Part shown: positions 26,440-38,200 of the stretch, one piece after another | How positions within the stretch are numbered: the first letter of the stretch is position 1 | Layout: every line of letters begins with the position of its first letter | The notes under the pieces: model-generated | The model's database searches: none | Seen by the model: only the letters and a program-made list of their open reading frames with translations | What the model was told of the DNA's origin: nothing | NCBI RefSeq assembly: GCF_009914755.1 | Contig: NC_060929.1 | Origin: the human T2T-CHM13v2.0 reference genome, Homo sapiens | Strand: one strand, 5' to 3' | DNA: 64,000 bases | Made by a program: the position numbers and the translations under genes

Positions 26440-26873
26440 TATCTTAGTTCTTTTTGCGTTGCTATAAAAATACCTGAGACTGAGTCATTTATAAGGAAAA
26501 GAAGTTTATTTAGCTCACAGTTCTGCAGGCTGGGAAGTTCAAGGACATGACCTTGGTTTCTGGTGAGGGCTTCTGTGCTGTGTCACAACATGGCAGAAAC
26601 GGTCAAAGGGAAGAGACCTGAGGATGTCCTGACTTTATAGCAAGCCGCTCTCAAGGGAACTAATTTATTCCCAGAACTAACACAGTCTTTTGAGAGAGAG
26701 AACTCACTTGCTACCTTGCAAACAGCACCAAGCCACTTATGAGGGATCTGCCATTAGAACCCAGATATCTTCCACTGGGCTTCACCTCCCATCACCACCA
26801 CACTGGGATCAAATTTCAATATGACCTTTGATGGCTTTGATGGAGACAAACAAATTATATGCAAATGACAACA
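26440..26873 (-). mobile_element. MSTB-type (MSTB1/2) MaLR solo LTR
   Basis: tcttagtt..gttgctataaaaatacctgagactg..gctcacagttctgcaggctgggaagttcaag; TSD tcaat/tcagt. Confidence 0.8.
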
Positions 26874-26966
26874 TCAGTTAATTCTACTGAATCACTGTGA
26901 CCTTTCATAAAGTGTTTTAACAAACCACATCAAAACTAATTTTTGATACAACTCTTTAAGATAGAA

Positions 26967-27259
26967 TTTTTTTTTTTTTGAGACAGAGTCTTGCTCTGTT
27001 GCCCAGGCTGGAGTGCAGTGGCACAATCTCGGCTCACTACAGCCTCTGCCTCCTGAGTTCAATAATTCTCTGCCTCAGCCTCCCGAGTAGCTGGGATTAC
27101 AGCCACCCACCACCATGCCCAGCTAATTTTTTGGAATTTTTAGTAGAGACGGGGTTACACCATCTTGGCCTGACTGGTCTTGAACTCCTCACCTTGTGAT
27201 CCACCCACCCCAGCCTCCCAAAGTGCTAGGATTACAGGCTTGAGCCACCACGCCCGGCC
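26967..27259 (-). mobile_element. AluS (Sg/Sc-like)
   Basis: Full antisense Alu with poly-T head; TSD aagatag (26958-26964, 27260-27266). Confidence 0.92.
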
Positions 27260-27278
27260 AAGATAGGCATTATTTTAT

Positions 27279-27337
27279 ACACACACATACACACACACAC
27301 ACAGACACACACACACACAGACACACACACACACACA
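27279..27337. repeat. (CA)n microsatellite with interruptions
   Basis: Read directly from the sequence. Confidence 0.95.
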
Positions 27338-27795
27338 GATAAATGATTAACTGAAAGTTAAAGAATTAGCCTCAAATCACACAGTGAGGAACTGGCTATG
27401 CTAATATCCTAGCCCCAGGGCCCTGATTCTGAGCCTTGTTCTCTTTCTGATTCAGCTTGGTATTTCAATGAAAGATCAGAGTTACCATGTAACTGAAAGA
27501 CATGGAAATAAAGCAACAGGTGGGAACATAAGTGACGGGAAAACTAGTCTTTGGATAACTCTAAAAACCAGGATTGATTTTCACAGAAGCACTAGGTTGA
27601 TAAAAACCCACATGCATCCCTATCACACTTTCAGATGACGGTGTGTATCTGATGTTACTGTTCCCTGGATGTTCCCAGACTAAGGCTCTTCTAATAGGCC
27701 ACAAAGTAGTATCCATCAAGAATGGCTTTAAAATTAAAACACAAAGAAATTCAGCAATGTCCACGAGGTCACACCGCAAAACCAAAAATAAAATA

Positions 27796-28366
27796 CCACG
27801 TCTTCACTTAACGCCATCAATAGGTTCTTGGAAACTGTGACATTAAGCAAAACAATGTATAACAAAGCCAATTTTACCCTGGGCTAATTGACATGAGCAA
27901 TAGTTATGTTCCTATGGTATATTTTTGGTCACAAAAACATCACCTAACTTCTAACTAAAGACCAGAACACTTCCAGTATTAAACAAGGAAATAAATATGA
28001 GCTATACATACATTTAAGAAAGATTAATTAAAACAGGTAACATAATGATTTATCTGCTTATTCCAGGTCAGAGCAGTTCAGGCAGAAGGCAGGCACCAGC
28101 CTGGACAGGAGGCCTTACTGTCCCAGGGCAACTCACACACACACACACTCACTTACACAAGGACCACTGAGGCACGCTGATGAACTGAATCTGCACCATT
28201 TCAGGATGTGGGAGGAAACCGGTCAACCCGGAGAAAAATCCATGCAGGCATGCAGAGATGTGCAAATAACACAGACAGTGGCCCAGGCCAGGAAGTGATT
28301 ATTTTTTCTCATCAATGTTATATTGAAAGAACATTGAACAAAACGACGTTATTCAAGGAACAGCTG
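27796..28366 (-). mobile_element. MER6A TcMar-Tigger DNA transposon
   Basis: TA-flanked; ..aacgacgttattcaaggaacagctg terminus; internal ggatgtgggaggaaaccgg..cccggagaaaa..cacagacagtggccc. Confidence 0.85.
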
Positions 28367-28798
28367 TAGAATGCATATTTCACAGTGTAGCGTGGTCCCC
28401 TCCACATAATGCAAGCATGAACTGCCAAGGTGCTGTGTGTTTACCATGTTTCATCCAGTAAGAAACCATCATTTCACACTTTCCCCACATGTCAGGTGGT
28501 CACCATCTTCCTCGCACACTGGACATACCACCCACAGCATTTCAGCAAGTGGCTTTGCCTCCACCCAATGTCTCTGCCTTCCTCTGCCATTTCCTCACCT
28601 TCACAAAATCCATCTTTCTCAATCCTCCCCCAAACCTTAGTTCAATGCATTCAGAGGTTGCAGCAAGGTGAGAAGGCGAGAACTTTCCCATGTTATTCGT
28701 GACCTAGTCTTCTTTGATGCGATGAAAATGGCTTTGAATTCTAGTCCTGCTCCCAAGTCCTCCATGCAATGACATTTATGAATAGCTAAGGAATTTAA

Positions 28799-29110
<312 letters not shown>

Positions 29111-30121
29111 TTAACTAGTGTTTTAACTGAAAGTCACAGTCAGCAATTGAAAGTAAAACTTTAGATTCCTTTCACATTTTCTGAAAAATCATTTTTCAGG
29201 GAGTGAGGAGTGAGGGACAATATAAAGACTTTTCAGATGATGTGTAAAGCTGGAAATGGCTTTCTCCTGCCAGGACCCAAAGTGATGTGTGATGTACAGC
29301 ACAGTGTGGCAGAAAGCATGAAGTCAGGATTTCCATGATTTAAAGATAGAAATATTCTCCGAATGTCTTGGTTTCATAACAGGTACCTGCACTTTAGGAC
29401 TTTTAACGAGGTAGGCTACATATTGGGATTTTTAAAAACATTTGATGACTCAGCCTAGTTATTTTCTCTACCTCCTCTTTCTGTTTGAAATTGCAGTTTT
29501 ACATGTGTTTATGTAATGCTATTTTCATTTTAGGGAGAGCAAGCCCCTTAAGTTAGCTGTGTCCTCAGCAGACCCAAACACTCTTTATGTAGAAAGTATG
29601 TCTAAAAACACCTTTACATTATGAACAAATAATTACAGCCCATGTGGATCAAAACAGTGACAAAAACAGGTTACAATTAATAGATGACCCAAAGAGGATG
29701 AAGCCCCACCTTGGAAGGAGGGGCTTTGGGTCTTGGAAAGACCCCTGATCTAGGAAAATAGACCCATGAGAAGAGGATCACAGCAAGAACCTCCTTCCCC
29801 ATTTTCCCTTTTGGTCTTATCTGCTGGGCCACTCTAGGGCCGGTCCAATAGATGGGCCAAAGCTGCTTAGGAGGAATGGGATCCACACAGATGTTGAACA
29901 GCCTCTAAATGGGTAACCCAGGTCAGCAAAGAGACTGACGGGTGTGCCTGCATCAGAAATGCTCTCAGCCCAACAGACATGTCAAGAGCACAAGGGCAGG
30001 GCCTGTCCCTGGGTGCTTGGTATGATGAGCACCTCAAGTGGCTCCAGCAATTTTCCAAAACATCAGTAATAACTTCAGGCCTTCTCTTTGTCACTGGTAT
30101 CTCTGCATCAGTTCCTACACC

Positions 30122-30594
30122 TGTGGTAGGCAGAATAACAGCCCCAAAGATATCCACATCCAGAATCTGTGACTATGTTACCTTATATGGTAAAAGGGAT
30201 TTTGCACATTGACTAAGTTAATGTTGAGCTGCAGAGATTATCTTGAATTGTCCAGGTGAATCCAGCCCAATCACACATGTCCTTAAGACCTTTCCCAGCT
30301 AGGTTTAGTCAAAGAGCTGTGATATTGACTCAAAGACAGAAGAAGAGGATACAAGCTAAGAAACATGAGTGGCCTTTAGAAGCTACAGAAAACGGGAGCA
30401 GATTAGCTACAAGACCTTCCAGAAAAAAACAAACAAACAAACAAAAAAACTGCACGCCTGCCAACACCTCGATTTTACCCATGAGACCCTTGTCAGACTT
30501 CTGACCAACAGAACTGTAAGATGATACATTTTTATTGTTGTAAGTTACATAGCGTGTGTGGTAATTTGTTATGGAAGCAGTCGAAATTAATATA
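30122..30594 (+). mobile_element. MLT1D MaLR solo LTR
   Basis: tgtggtaggcagaataac..tatgttaccttatatggtaaaaggga..cagaactgtaagat; perfect 5-bp TSD ACACC (30117-30121, 30595-30599). Confidence 0.88.
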
Positions 30595-30793
30595 ACACCT
30601 AAAGCCACTTTCGCATGAAATAGCTATTCTAGAAATCTGTGCATACTGAAATCTCAAGCGGGCACCTGTGTGGCATGGCAGGGGGAGGGGGGGCACATGG
30701 ATTCCAGGGAGCTCATTTATTTTCTTTTTCTACTTTTATACACGTTTTATTTATTACTCAGGCTTTGTGAAAAACATATTAAACGTCAAAAAC

Positions 30794-33700
30794 TTTTTTT
30801 CTTCCAACTTTCATTTCAGGCTCTGGGGGTACAAGTGCACATTTGTTATGTGGGTAAATTGTGTGTCACTGGAGTCTGGGGTACAAATGATTTTTCACCC
30901 GGGTAGTGAGCATAGTACCCAGTAAGTAGTTTTTTGATCCTCATTCTCCTCCCACCCTCCACCCTAAAGTAAGGCTCAGTGTCTATTCCCATCTTTGTGT
31001 CCATGTGGACTCAGTGTTAGCTCCCACTTACAAGTGAGAACACACAGTATTTGGTTTTCTGTTCAGATGTTAATTTACTTAGGATAATGGCTTACAGCTC
31101 CATCTATGCTACTGTAAAGGACATGATTTTGTTATTTCTTATGGCTGGATAATATGCTCTCACATATATGTACCACATTTTATTTATCCAGTCTACCATT
31201 GATGGGCATCTAGGTTGATTCCATGTCTTTGCTGTTGCGAAAAGTGTTGCAATACACATACATATGCATATGTCTTTATGGTAGGATAATTTATATTCCT
31301 TTGGGTGTATATCAAATAATGAAATTCCTGGACCAAATGGTACTTCTGTTGTAAGGTCTTTGAGAAGTTTTCAAACTGCTTTCCACAAGAATTGAACTAA
31401 CTTACATTCCCACCAGCAGTATATAAGCATTCCGGTTTCTCCACAACCTCATCAACATCTGTTATTATTTTTATTTTTTGTTAATAGCCATTCTGACTGG
31501 CATGAGATGGTATCTCATTGTGGTTTTGATTTACATTTCTCTAATGATTAGTGATGTTGAGCTTTATTTTATATGCTTGATGGCTATGTATGTGTCTTCT
31601 TTTGAGAAGTGTCTGTTCATGCCCATTGCCCATTTTTTAATGAAATTGTTTGGTTTTTAATGTTTATTTGGTTAAGTTCCTTATAGATTCTGAATATTAC
31701 GTTTTTGTTGGATACGTAGTTTGCAAATATTTTCTCCCTTCTGTAGGCTGTCTATTTACTCTGTTCGTAGTTTCTTTTGCTGTGCAGAAGCTCTTTAGTT
31801 TAATTAGGTCTCACTTATCTCTTTTTTCCTTTGTTGCAATTACTTTTGGAGTCTTCATCATGAAATCTTTGCCAAGCCTTGTGTCCAGAATGGGATTTAC
31901 TAGGTTTTCTTCTAGAGTTTTTATAGTTTCAGTTTTTACATTTAAGTCTTTAATCCACATTAAGTTGATTTTTTTTATAGTGAAAGGAAGGGATCTTCTG
32001 CATATGGCTAGCCAGTTATTCCAGCAACATTTACTGAATAGGGAGTCTTTTCCCATTGCTTGTTATTGTCAACTTTGATGAGGAGTAGATGGTTGTGGTG
32101 TGCAGCTTTATTTTTGGGTTCTCCAACCTCTTCCATTGGTCTTTGTGTTTGTTTTTGTACCAGTACCATGTTGTTTTGGTTACTATATCTTTGTTGTATA
32201 GTTTGAAGTCAGGTAGTGTGATGTCCCCAGCTTTGTTCTTTTTGCTTACAATTTTTTTGCCTATTTGGGCACTTTTTTGGTTCCATATGAATTTTAGGAT
32301 AGTTTTTTTCTAATTCTTTGAAAAATGACATTGGTATTTTGATAAGAATAACAAATCTCTAAATTGCTTTGATCTGTATGGTCATTTTAACAGTGTTGAT
32401 TCTTCCTAGCCATGAGCCTGAAATGTTTTTTCCATTTGTTCATGCTGTTTCTTAATCCTTTCAGCAGTGTTTTAGTTTTCTTATTGTAGAACTCTTTCAC
32501 CTCTCTGGTTAGCTGTATTCCTAGATATTCTATTCTTTTTGTAGCTATTGTGGATGGGATTGTGTTCTTGATTTGACTCTTAGCTTGGACATTGTTGGTA
32601 TATAAAAATGCTACCGATTTTTGTACACTGATTTTATATCCTGAAACTTTGCTGAATTGTTTGTCAGTTCTTGGAGCCTTTAGGCAGAAACTATGGGGTT
32701 TTCTAGGTATAGAATTATATTGTCCACAAAGAGATCGTTTGACTTACTCTCTTCCTATCTGGATGCCTTTATTTCTTTCTCTTGTCTGATTGCTCTGGTT
32801 AGGATGACAAGTACTGCGTTGAGTAGAAGTGGTTAGAGAGGGCAACCTTGTCTTGTTTTGGCTCTTAAGGGGAATGCTTCCAGCTTTTGCCCTTTCAGTA
32901 TGATGTTGGCTGTGGGTTTATCATTGATGGCTTTTATTATTTTAAGGTATGTTTCTTCAGTGCTTAGTTTGTTGAGGGTTTTTAACGTGAAGAGTTGTTG
33001 AACTTTATCAAATGTCTTTTCTGCATCTATTGGCATAACATAAAGTTTTTGTTTCTAGTTCTGTTTATATGATGAATCTCACATTTCTTGATTTCCATAT
33101 GTTGAATCAACCTTGCATTCCAGGAATAAAGCCTACTTGATCATGGCAAATTAACTTTCTGATGTGCTTCTGGACTCAATTTTGTTGAGTCCAAAATACT
33201 CGACTAGTATTTTGTTGAAGATTTTAGTGTCTACGTTCATCAGGGTATTGGCCTGAAGTTTTCTTTTTTAGTTGTGTCTCTGCCAAGTTTTGGTATCAGA
33301 ATGATTCTGGTCCCATAGAATGAGTTAGGGAGAAATTATTTCTCCTCAAATTTTAAATAATAGTTTCAGTAGGATTGGTGCCAGTACTTCTTTGTATGTC
33401 TGGTAGAATTTGGCTGTGGGTTGGTCTTGTCTGGGGCTTTTTTTTGGTTGGTATATTTTTTATTACTGATTCAGTTTCTTGTTACTGGTTTGTTCAGGGA
33501 TTCAGTTTCTTCCTGGTTCAATCTTGGAAGCTTGTATATTTCAAGGAATTTAGCCATTTCTTCCAGGTTTTCAAGTTTTTGTGCATAGAGGTGTTTTGTG
33601 CATAGAGGTGTTTAAAAAACCAGTCCCTGGTTTTTTAAATGTCTTTGATGTTGGAGGTAATGTCACCTTTGTCATCTCTGATTGTGTTTATTTGGATCTT

Positions 33701-36700
33701 CTCTCTTGTTCTCCTTATAAGTCTAACTAGTGGTTATCATTCTTAATTTTCCTTTAAAAGAACCAACTTTTGGGCTCATTGATCTTTTATATGGACTTTC
33801 ATATTTCAATGTCATTCAGTTCAGCTCTGATTTTGTTTATTTCTTGTCCTGCTTTGAAGTTGTTTTGCTCTTAGTTTTCTAGTTCCTCTAGGTGTGATAT
33901 TAGGTTGTTACTTTGAGATCTTTCTAACTTTCTGATGTAAATACTTAATGCTATAAACTCTCCTCTTAACACTGCCTTAGCTGTGTTCCAGAGATTCCTG
34001 TATGTTGTATAATGGTTTTCATTTGTTTCAAAGAATTACTTGATTTCTGCCTTAATTAAATTCTTTACCCAAAAGTCATTCAGGAGCAGCTTGTTTAATT
34101 TCCATGCAATTGTATGCTTTTGAGAGCTCGTCTTAGTATTAATTTCTATTTTTATGGTGCTATGGTGCAAGAGCATGGTTGGTATGATTCTAGTGTTTTT
34201 GAATTTATTGAGAATTGCTTAAAGGTGGAACATGTGGTCAGTCTTAGAGTATGTGCCATGTGCAGATGAGAAGAATATATATTCTTTTGTTGTTGGGTAG
34301 AGTGTTCTGTAGATGTCTGTTAGATCCATTTGGTCAAGCGTTGAGTTTAGGTCATGAATATCTTTGTTAGCTTTTCGCTTCAATAATCTGTCTAACACTC
34401 TCAGGAGCGTTGAAATCTCCCACAATAATTGTGTAGTTATCCTTTTTATATCTCTAAGAATTTGTTTTATGAAACTGAGTGCTCCAGTGTTGGGTGCATA
34501 TATATTTAGGATAGTTAGGTCTTCTTGTGGTATTGAACCCTTTATCAATATGTAACACCCTTTTGTGTACTTTTTGATCATTGTTGTTTTAATGTCTCTT
34601 TTGTCTGAAATAAGAATTACAACCCTTAATCTTTTTTTTGTTCTCTGTTTCCTTGATAGATCTTTCTCCATCCCTTTACTTTGAGACTATGTGTGTCCTT
34701 GCATATGAGATGGGTCTCTTGAAGACAGCATATTTTTGGGTCTTGCTTCTTTATCCAGCTTGCCACTCTGTACCTTTTAAGTGTGGCATTTAGCCCATTT
34801 ACATTCAGAATTAACATTGATATATGAGAATTTGATCCTAACATCATCTTGTTAGCTGTTTGTTATGTAGACTTAATTTTACAGTTGCTTTATAGCATCA
34901 GTGGGCTATGTACTTTAGTGTGTTTTTGTGGTGGCCAGTGATAGTCTTTCATTTTCAAGTGTAGCACTTCCTTAAAGACCTCTCATAAGGCAGGTCTGGT
35001 GAATTCCTTTAGCATTTGCTTGTCTGTAGAGGATTTTATTTATCTTTTGTTTACGATGCTTATTTTGTCTAGATATGAAATTATTGGTTGGAATTTATTT
35101 TCCTTAAGGATGCTGAATATAGGCCCCCAGTCTCTTCTACCTTGTAAGGTTTCTGCTGAAGGGTTCCCTGTTAGACTGATGGGGGTTTCCTTTGAATATG
35201 ACCTACCCTTTTTCTCTGGTTGCCTTTAATATTTTTTCTTTTGCATTGACCTTGGAAAATCTGTTAAGTATTTGTCTTGGGGATGATTGTCTTTTATGGT
35301 ATATCATTTGAGTTCCCTAAATTTTCCGAATTTGCATGTCAACCTCTCTATTAGGTTGGGAAAATTTTCATAGATAATATCCTCAAATGTGTTTTCCAAG
35401 TTATTTGCTCTCTGTCCATCTCTTTCTGAGATGCCAATGAGTCATAGGTTTGGTCTCTTTACATAATCCTTTGTTTCTTAGAGATTTTTTCATTTTTCAA
35501 ATATTTTTTCTTATTTTTGTCTGAGTTGATTTGAAGAACCAGTCTTTGAGCACTGAGGCTTCTTCCTCAGGTTTGTCTATTCTACTGTTAATTCTTCTGA
35601 TTGTATTATGAAATTCTTGTAGCGAGTTATTCAGCTCTTGAAGATCAATTTGTGATCTTCAAGATCTTAAAATGGCTATTTTAAGATCTTAAATAAAATG
35701 GCTTCTTAAAATGGCTATTCTTAAAATGGCTATTTCATCTTTCAGTTTTTCTATCACTTTATTGGATTCCTTAGATTCCTTGGATTGGGTTCTAACTTAT
35801 TCTCAATCTTCATGATCTTCATTGCCGTCTAGATACTGAATTCTATGTCTGCCATTTCAAGCATTTCAGTCTGGTTAAGAGCCATTGCTGGGGAGGTAGC
35901 ATGGTCATTTGGAGGTAAGAAGACACTCTGACTTTATTTTCCAGAGTTCATGTGCTGGTTCTTTCTCATCTGTGTGGGGGTTGATGTTTCTTTAATGTTT
36001 GATGTTGCTGTCTTTTAAGTGGAGCTTTTTTGCTTTTATATTCTTTGATGCCCTTGAGGGTTTTACTTTGGTATAAGTTGGATTTAGTTGATTGGCTTCA
36101 TTTCTGGTTGATTTCAGGGGGCCAAGTCTCAGCTTACATTGTAACCATGAGGCACTGGTCCAGGCCTGACACTTTTTTTTCTCTGGCTCTTCAAGTCTAA
36201 GCACCTGCTGTACTGGAAAGGCCAAGGTGTTCCAAGTCTTTTGGCAACAACACTCCAATAGAGGGGGCCAGCAAAAGGCCTTTGGTGAGCAGTGGTGGGG
36301 CAGCTGGATTCCCTGCATGCATGTGTGCCTGTGGCAGGGTGATGGCGGGTCGCACATTTGCATGTACACCCACGGTGAGGTCAGTACATGTGTGAATGCT
36401 GGCAAAGCAGCAGGGGGAGGCTGCAGGCAAGTGCGCGCCAGTGGGGGCCCACCTGCAGAAACTCTGTGTTAGGTGGAGTCTGCCAGTGAATAAGCTATGG
36501 CAGTGGCCACTGGTATGTGGCTCTGCTAACTGCGGCCACATTACAGGTTGGTGTGGCCAGGCAGAGACTCTGGGATAAACCAGCAGACAGAGGGGTGCTC
36601 AGATCAAACTGCCTCTGTCCCACAGACAAGTTAGTCCTGCTTTATCCAGGTCCAGCAGCCAACAAAGGCTAATGCCACCTAGAGGGGTATGGCCTTCCTT

Positions 36701-36724
36701 GGGAAATGGGCATCCATAGCCATA
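30794..36724 (-). mobile_element. Near full-length inactivated L1 (L1PA15/16-like), ~5.9 kb
   Basis: Old L1PA 3'UTR at ~30800-31100; RT remnant [19 protein letters not shown] (32833-33036); endonuclease N-terminus ILNVNGLN..CCLQETHL and TILNIYAPN (34219-34847); ORF1 ~34950-35950; GC-richer 5'UTR to ~36724; many stops and frameshifts. Confidence 0.93.
31100..34847 (-). pseudogene. Disrupted L1 ORF2 (endonuclease/reverse transcriptase)
   Basis: Fragmentary ORFs 34626-34847, 34219-34671, 32833-33036 and 31811-32056 carry ORF2p motifs. Confidence 0.88.
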
Positions 36725-36958
36725 CCAGGGAGCTATTTTCTATATGTGCTGCCAAAATGAGCTCAAGGGAGCTACTTTCTAAAACATCTCAGCAGCCAAG
36801 AGCCTCCGTGTAATCAGAATGAGAACATTCTGCGCAGGTCACGGGATGTTGCTGACGTGACAGGACCAGTGATTCTGCAGATTGTTTCAGCCATGGCAGG
36901 ATGGGCACTGGGCACTGTGGGTCCCGGGGCTGATTGCTAAAGGTGGAATGAAAGGTGA

Positions 36959-37408
36959 TATATTTGCTTCCTGTGTCTGCTGTAACAAATTACCACACAT
37001 TTGATGGTTTCAAGGTACAGAATTTTATTCTATCGCACTCCCAGAGATCAGAAATCTGAAATTGAGATGTCAGCAGGGCCTCACTCCCTCTGAAGGGTCT
37101 GGGAGAGAATACCTCCTTGACTCTCCCAGCTCTGGAGGCTGCCAGCATTTCTGGACTGTGGGTGCCTCTCTCCAGTGCCTGCCTCCAGCTCTACACAGCT
37201 GTCTCCTCCATCCTCTCAAAGCTGCCTCTGTCTCACTCTTATCAGGAAACAGGTGATTGGACTTAAGGCCCCCTGGGATAACTCAGGAGGAACTCATCTC
37301 AAGATCCTTAATGTAATCACACCTTTTTCCAAACAAAGTCATATTCCCAGTTTTCAGAGTTTTGGGTATGGACAACTTTTGGCAGGAGCTACCATTTAAC
37401 CCTTTACA
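36959..37408 (-). mobile_element. MLT1C MaLR solo LTR
   Basis: gctgtaacaaattaccacac..ctcatctcaagatccttaat..accatttaaccctttaca; TSD ggtga/ggtgg. Confidence 0.82.
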
Positions 37409-37659
37409 GGTGGAAAGGAAATTTAAGGTTATCTGAGACCAAGAGAGTGTGGATTTTCCCACTTAGCTTTGGCCTGACCATGACCTTGGGCCTTGACAAA
37501 AATGGTAGAGGAGGTGGAGTGAGAAGAAAAGAAATCACGGAAGAAAAAGGCTGCAGTTTTGTTGGCAGGATCTGGCAAATCTTTACTGAACTTCTTCAGG
37601 GAGTCTCTTTGTAGACAATTGTTCTTGAAGGAGTCACTTGTCCTGAAACTTATGCCTCA

Positions 37660-37790
37660 TTTGCATCTTCTCATTATCCTTGAAGAAAGCCTGAATAGGA
37701 AGGGCTGCCCATTTTACAAAGGGGAAATGTAGAGGCACAGAGTGGAGAAGCCACCTGCCGAGGTCAGCGAGGGAGCCAGGACAAGCCCGC
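37660..37790 (-). mobile_element. MIR fragment
   Basis: cccattttacaaaggggaaatgtagaggcacagag..cacctgccgaggtcag. Confidence 0.6.
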
Positions 37791-38029
37791 ACAGCCCTGC
37801 CCCACACACCAGGAAGCTCTCAGTGCATACACTGCCAGGCGTATCCAGAACGCAGGGGTTGCAGCAAAGCAACTGGCGCTTCAGGCCAAGTGAATCCCAG
37901 CATTCAGCTGTGCTCTCCAAAAACAGATGTCGATGTCAGAGACAGAAGAAAGAGTAGGCAACAGGCTCTAAGTCTGGATTGGGCTACCGGAAAGTGCTCA
38001 GGGAGGTGAAAGAGAGAAATGTGTGGAAT

Positions 38030-38200
38030 GATTTTCTAAGTGTCTACGGCTGCTAACTGCTTGAAATACATTATTCTAGCTAGTCCTTTCAATTCAGTAA
38101 GAGATGCACTATCATTATCTCATTATAGAGACAGAGAAACTGAGGCTAGGTAACTTGCTTGAAGTTACTCAGCGAGTGAGTGGCATTGTGTCTCTAGAAC
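38030..38200 (-). mobile_element. MIR fragment
   Basis: attatctcattatagagacagagaaactgaggctaggtaacttgcttgaagttac. Confidence 0.65.

Noticed and set aside
36725-36783. GGGAGCTA(T/C)TTTCTA repeated ~40 nt apart, a CRISPR-like spacing
   Set aside because: Only two imperfect copies in a eukaryotic context; the first is the L1 target site
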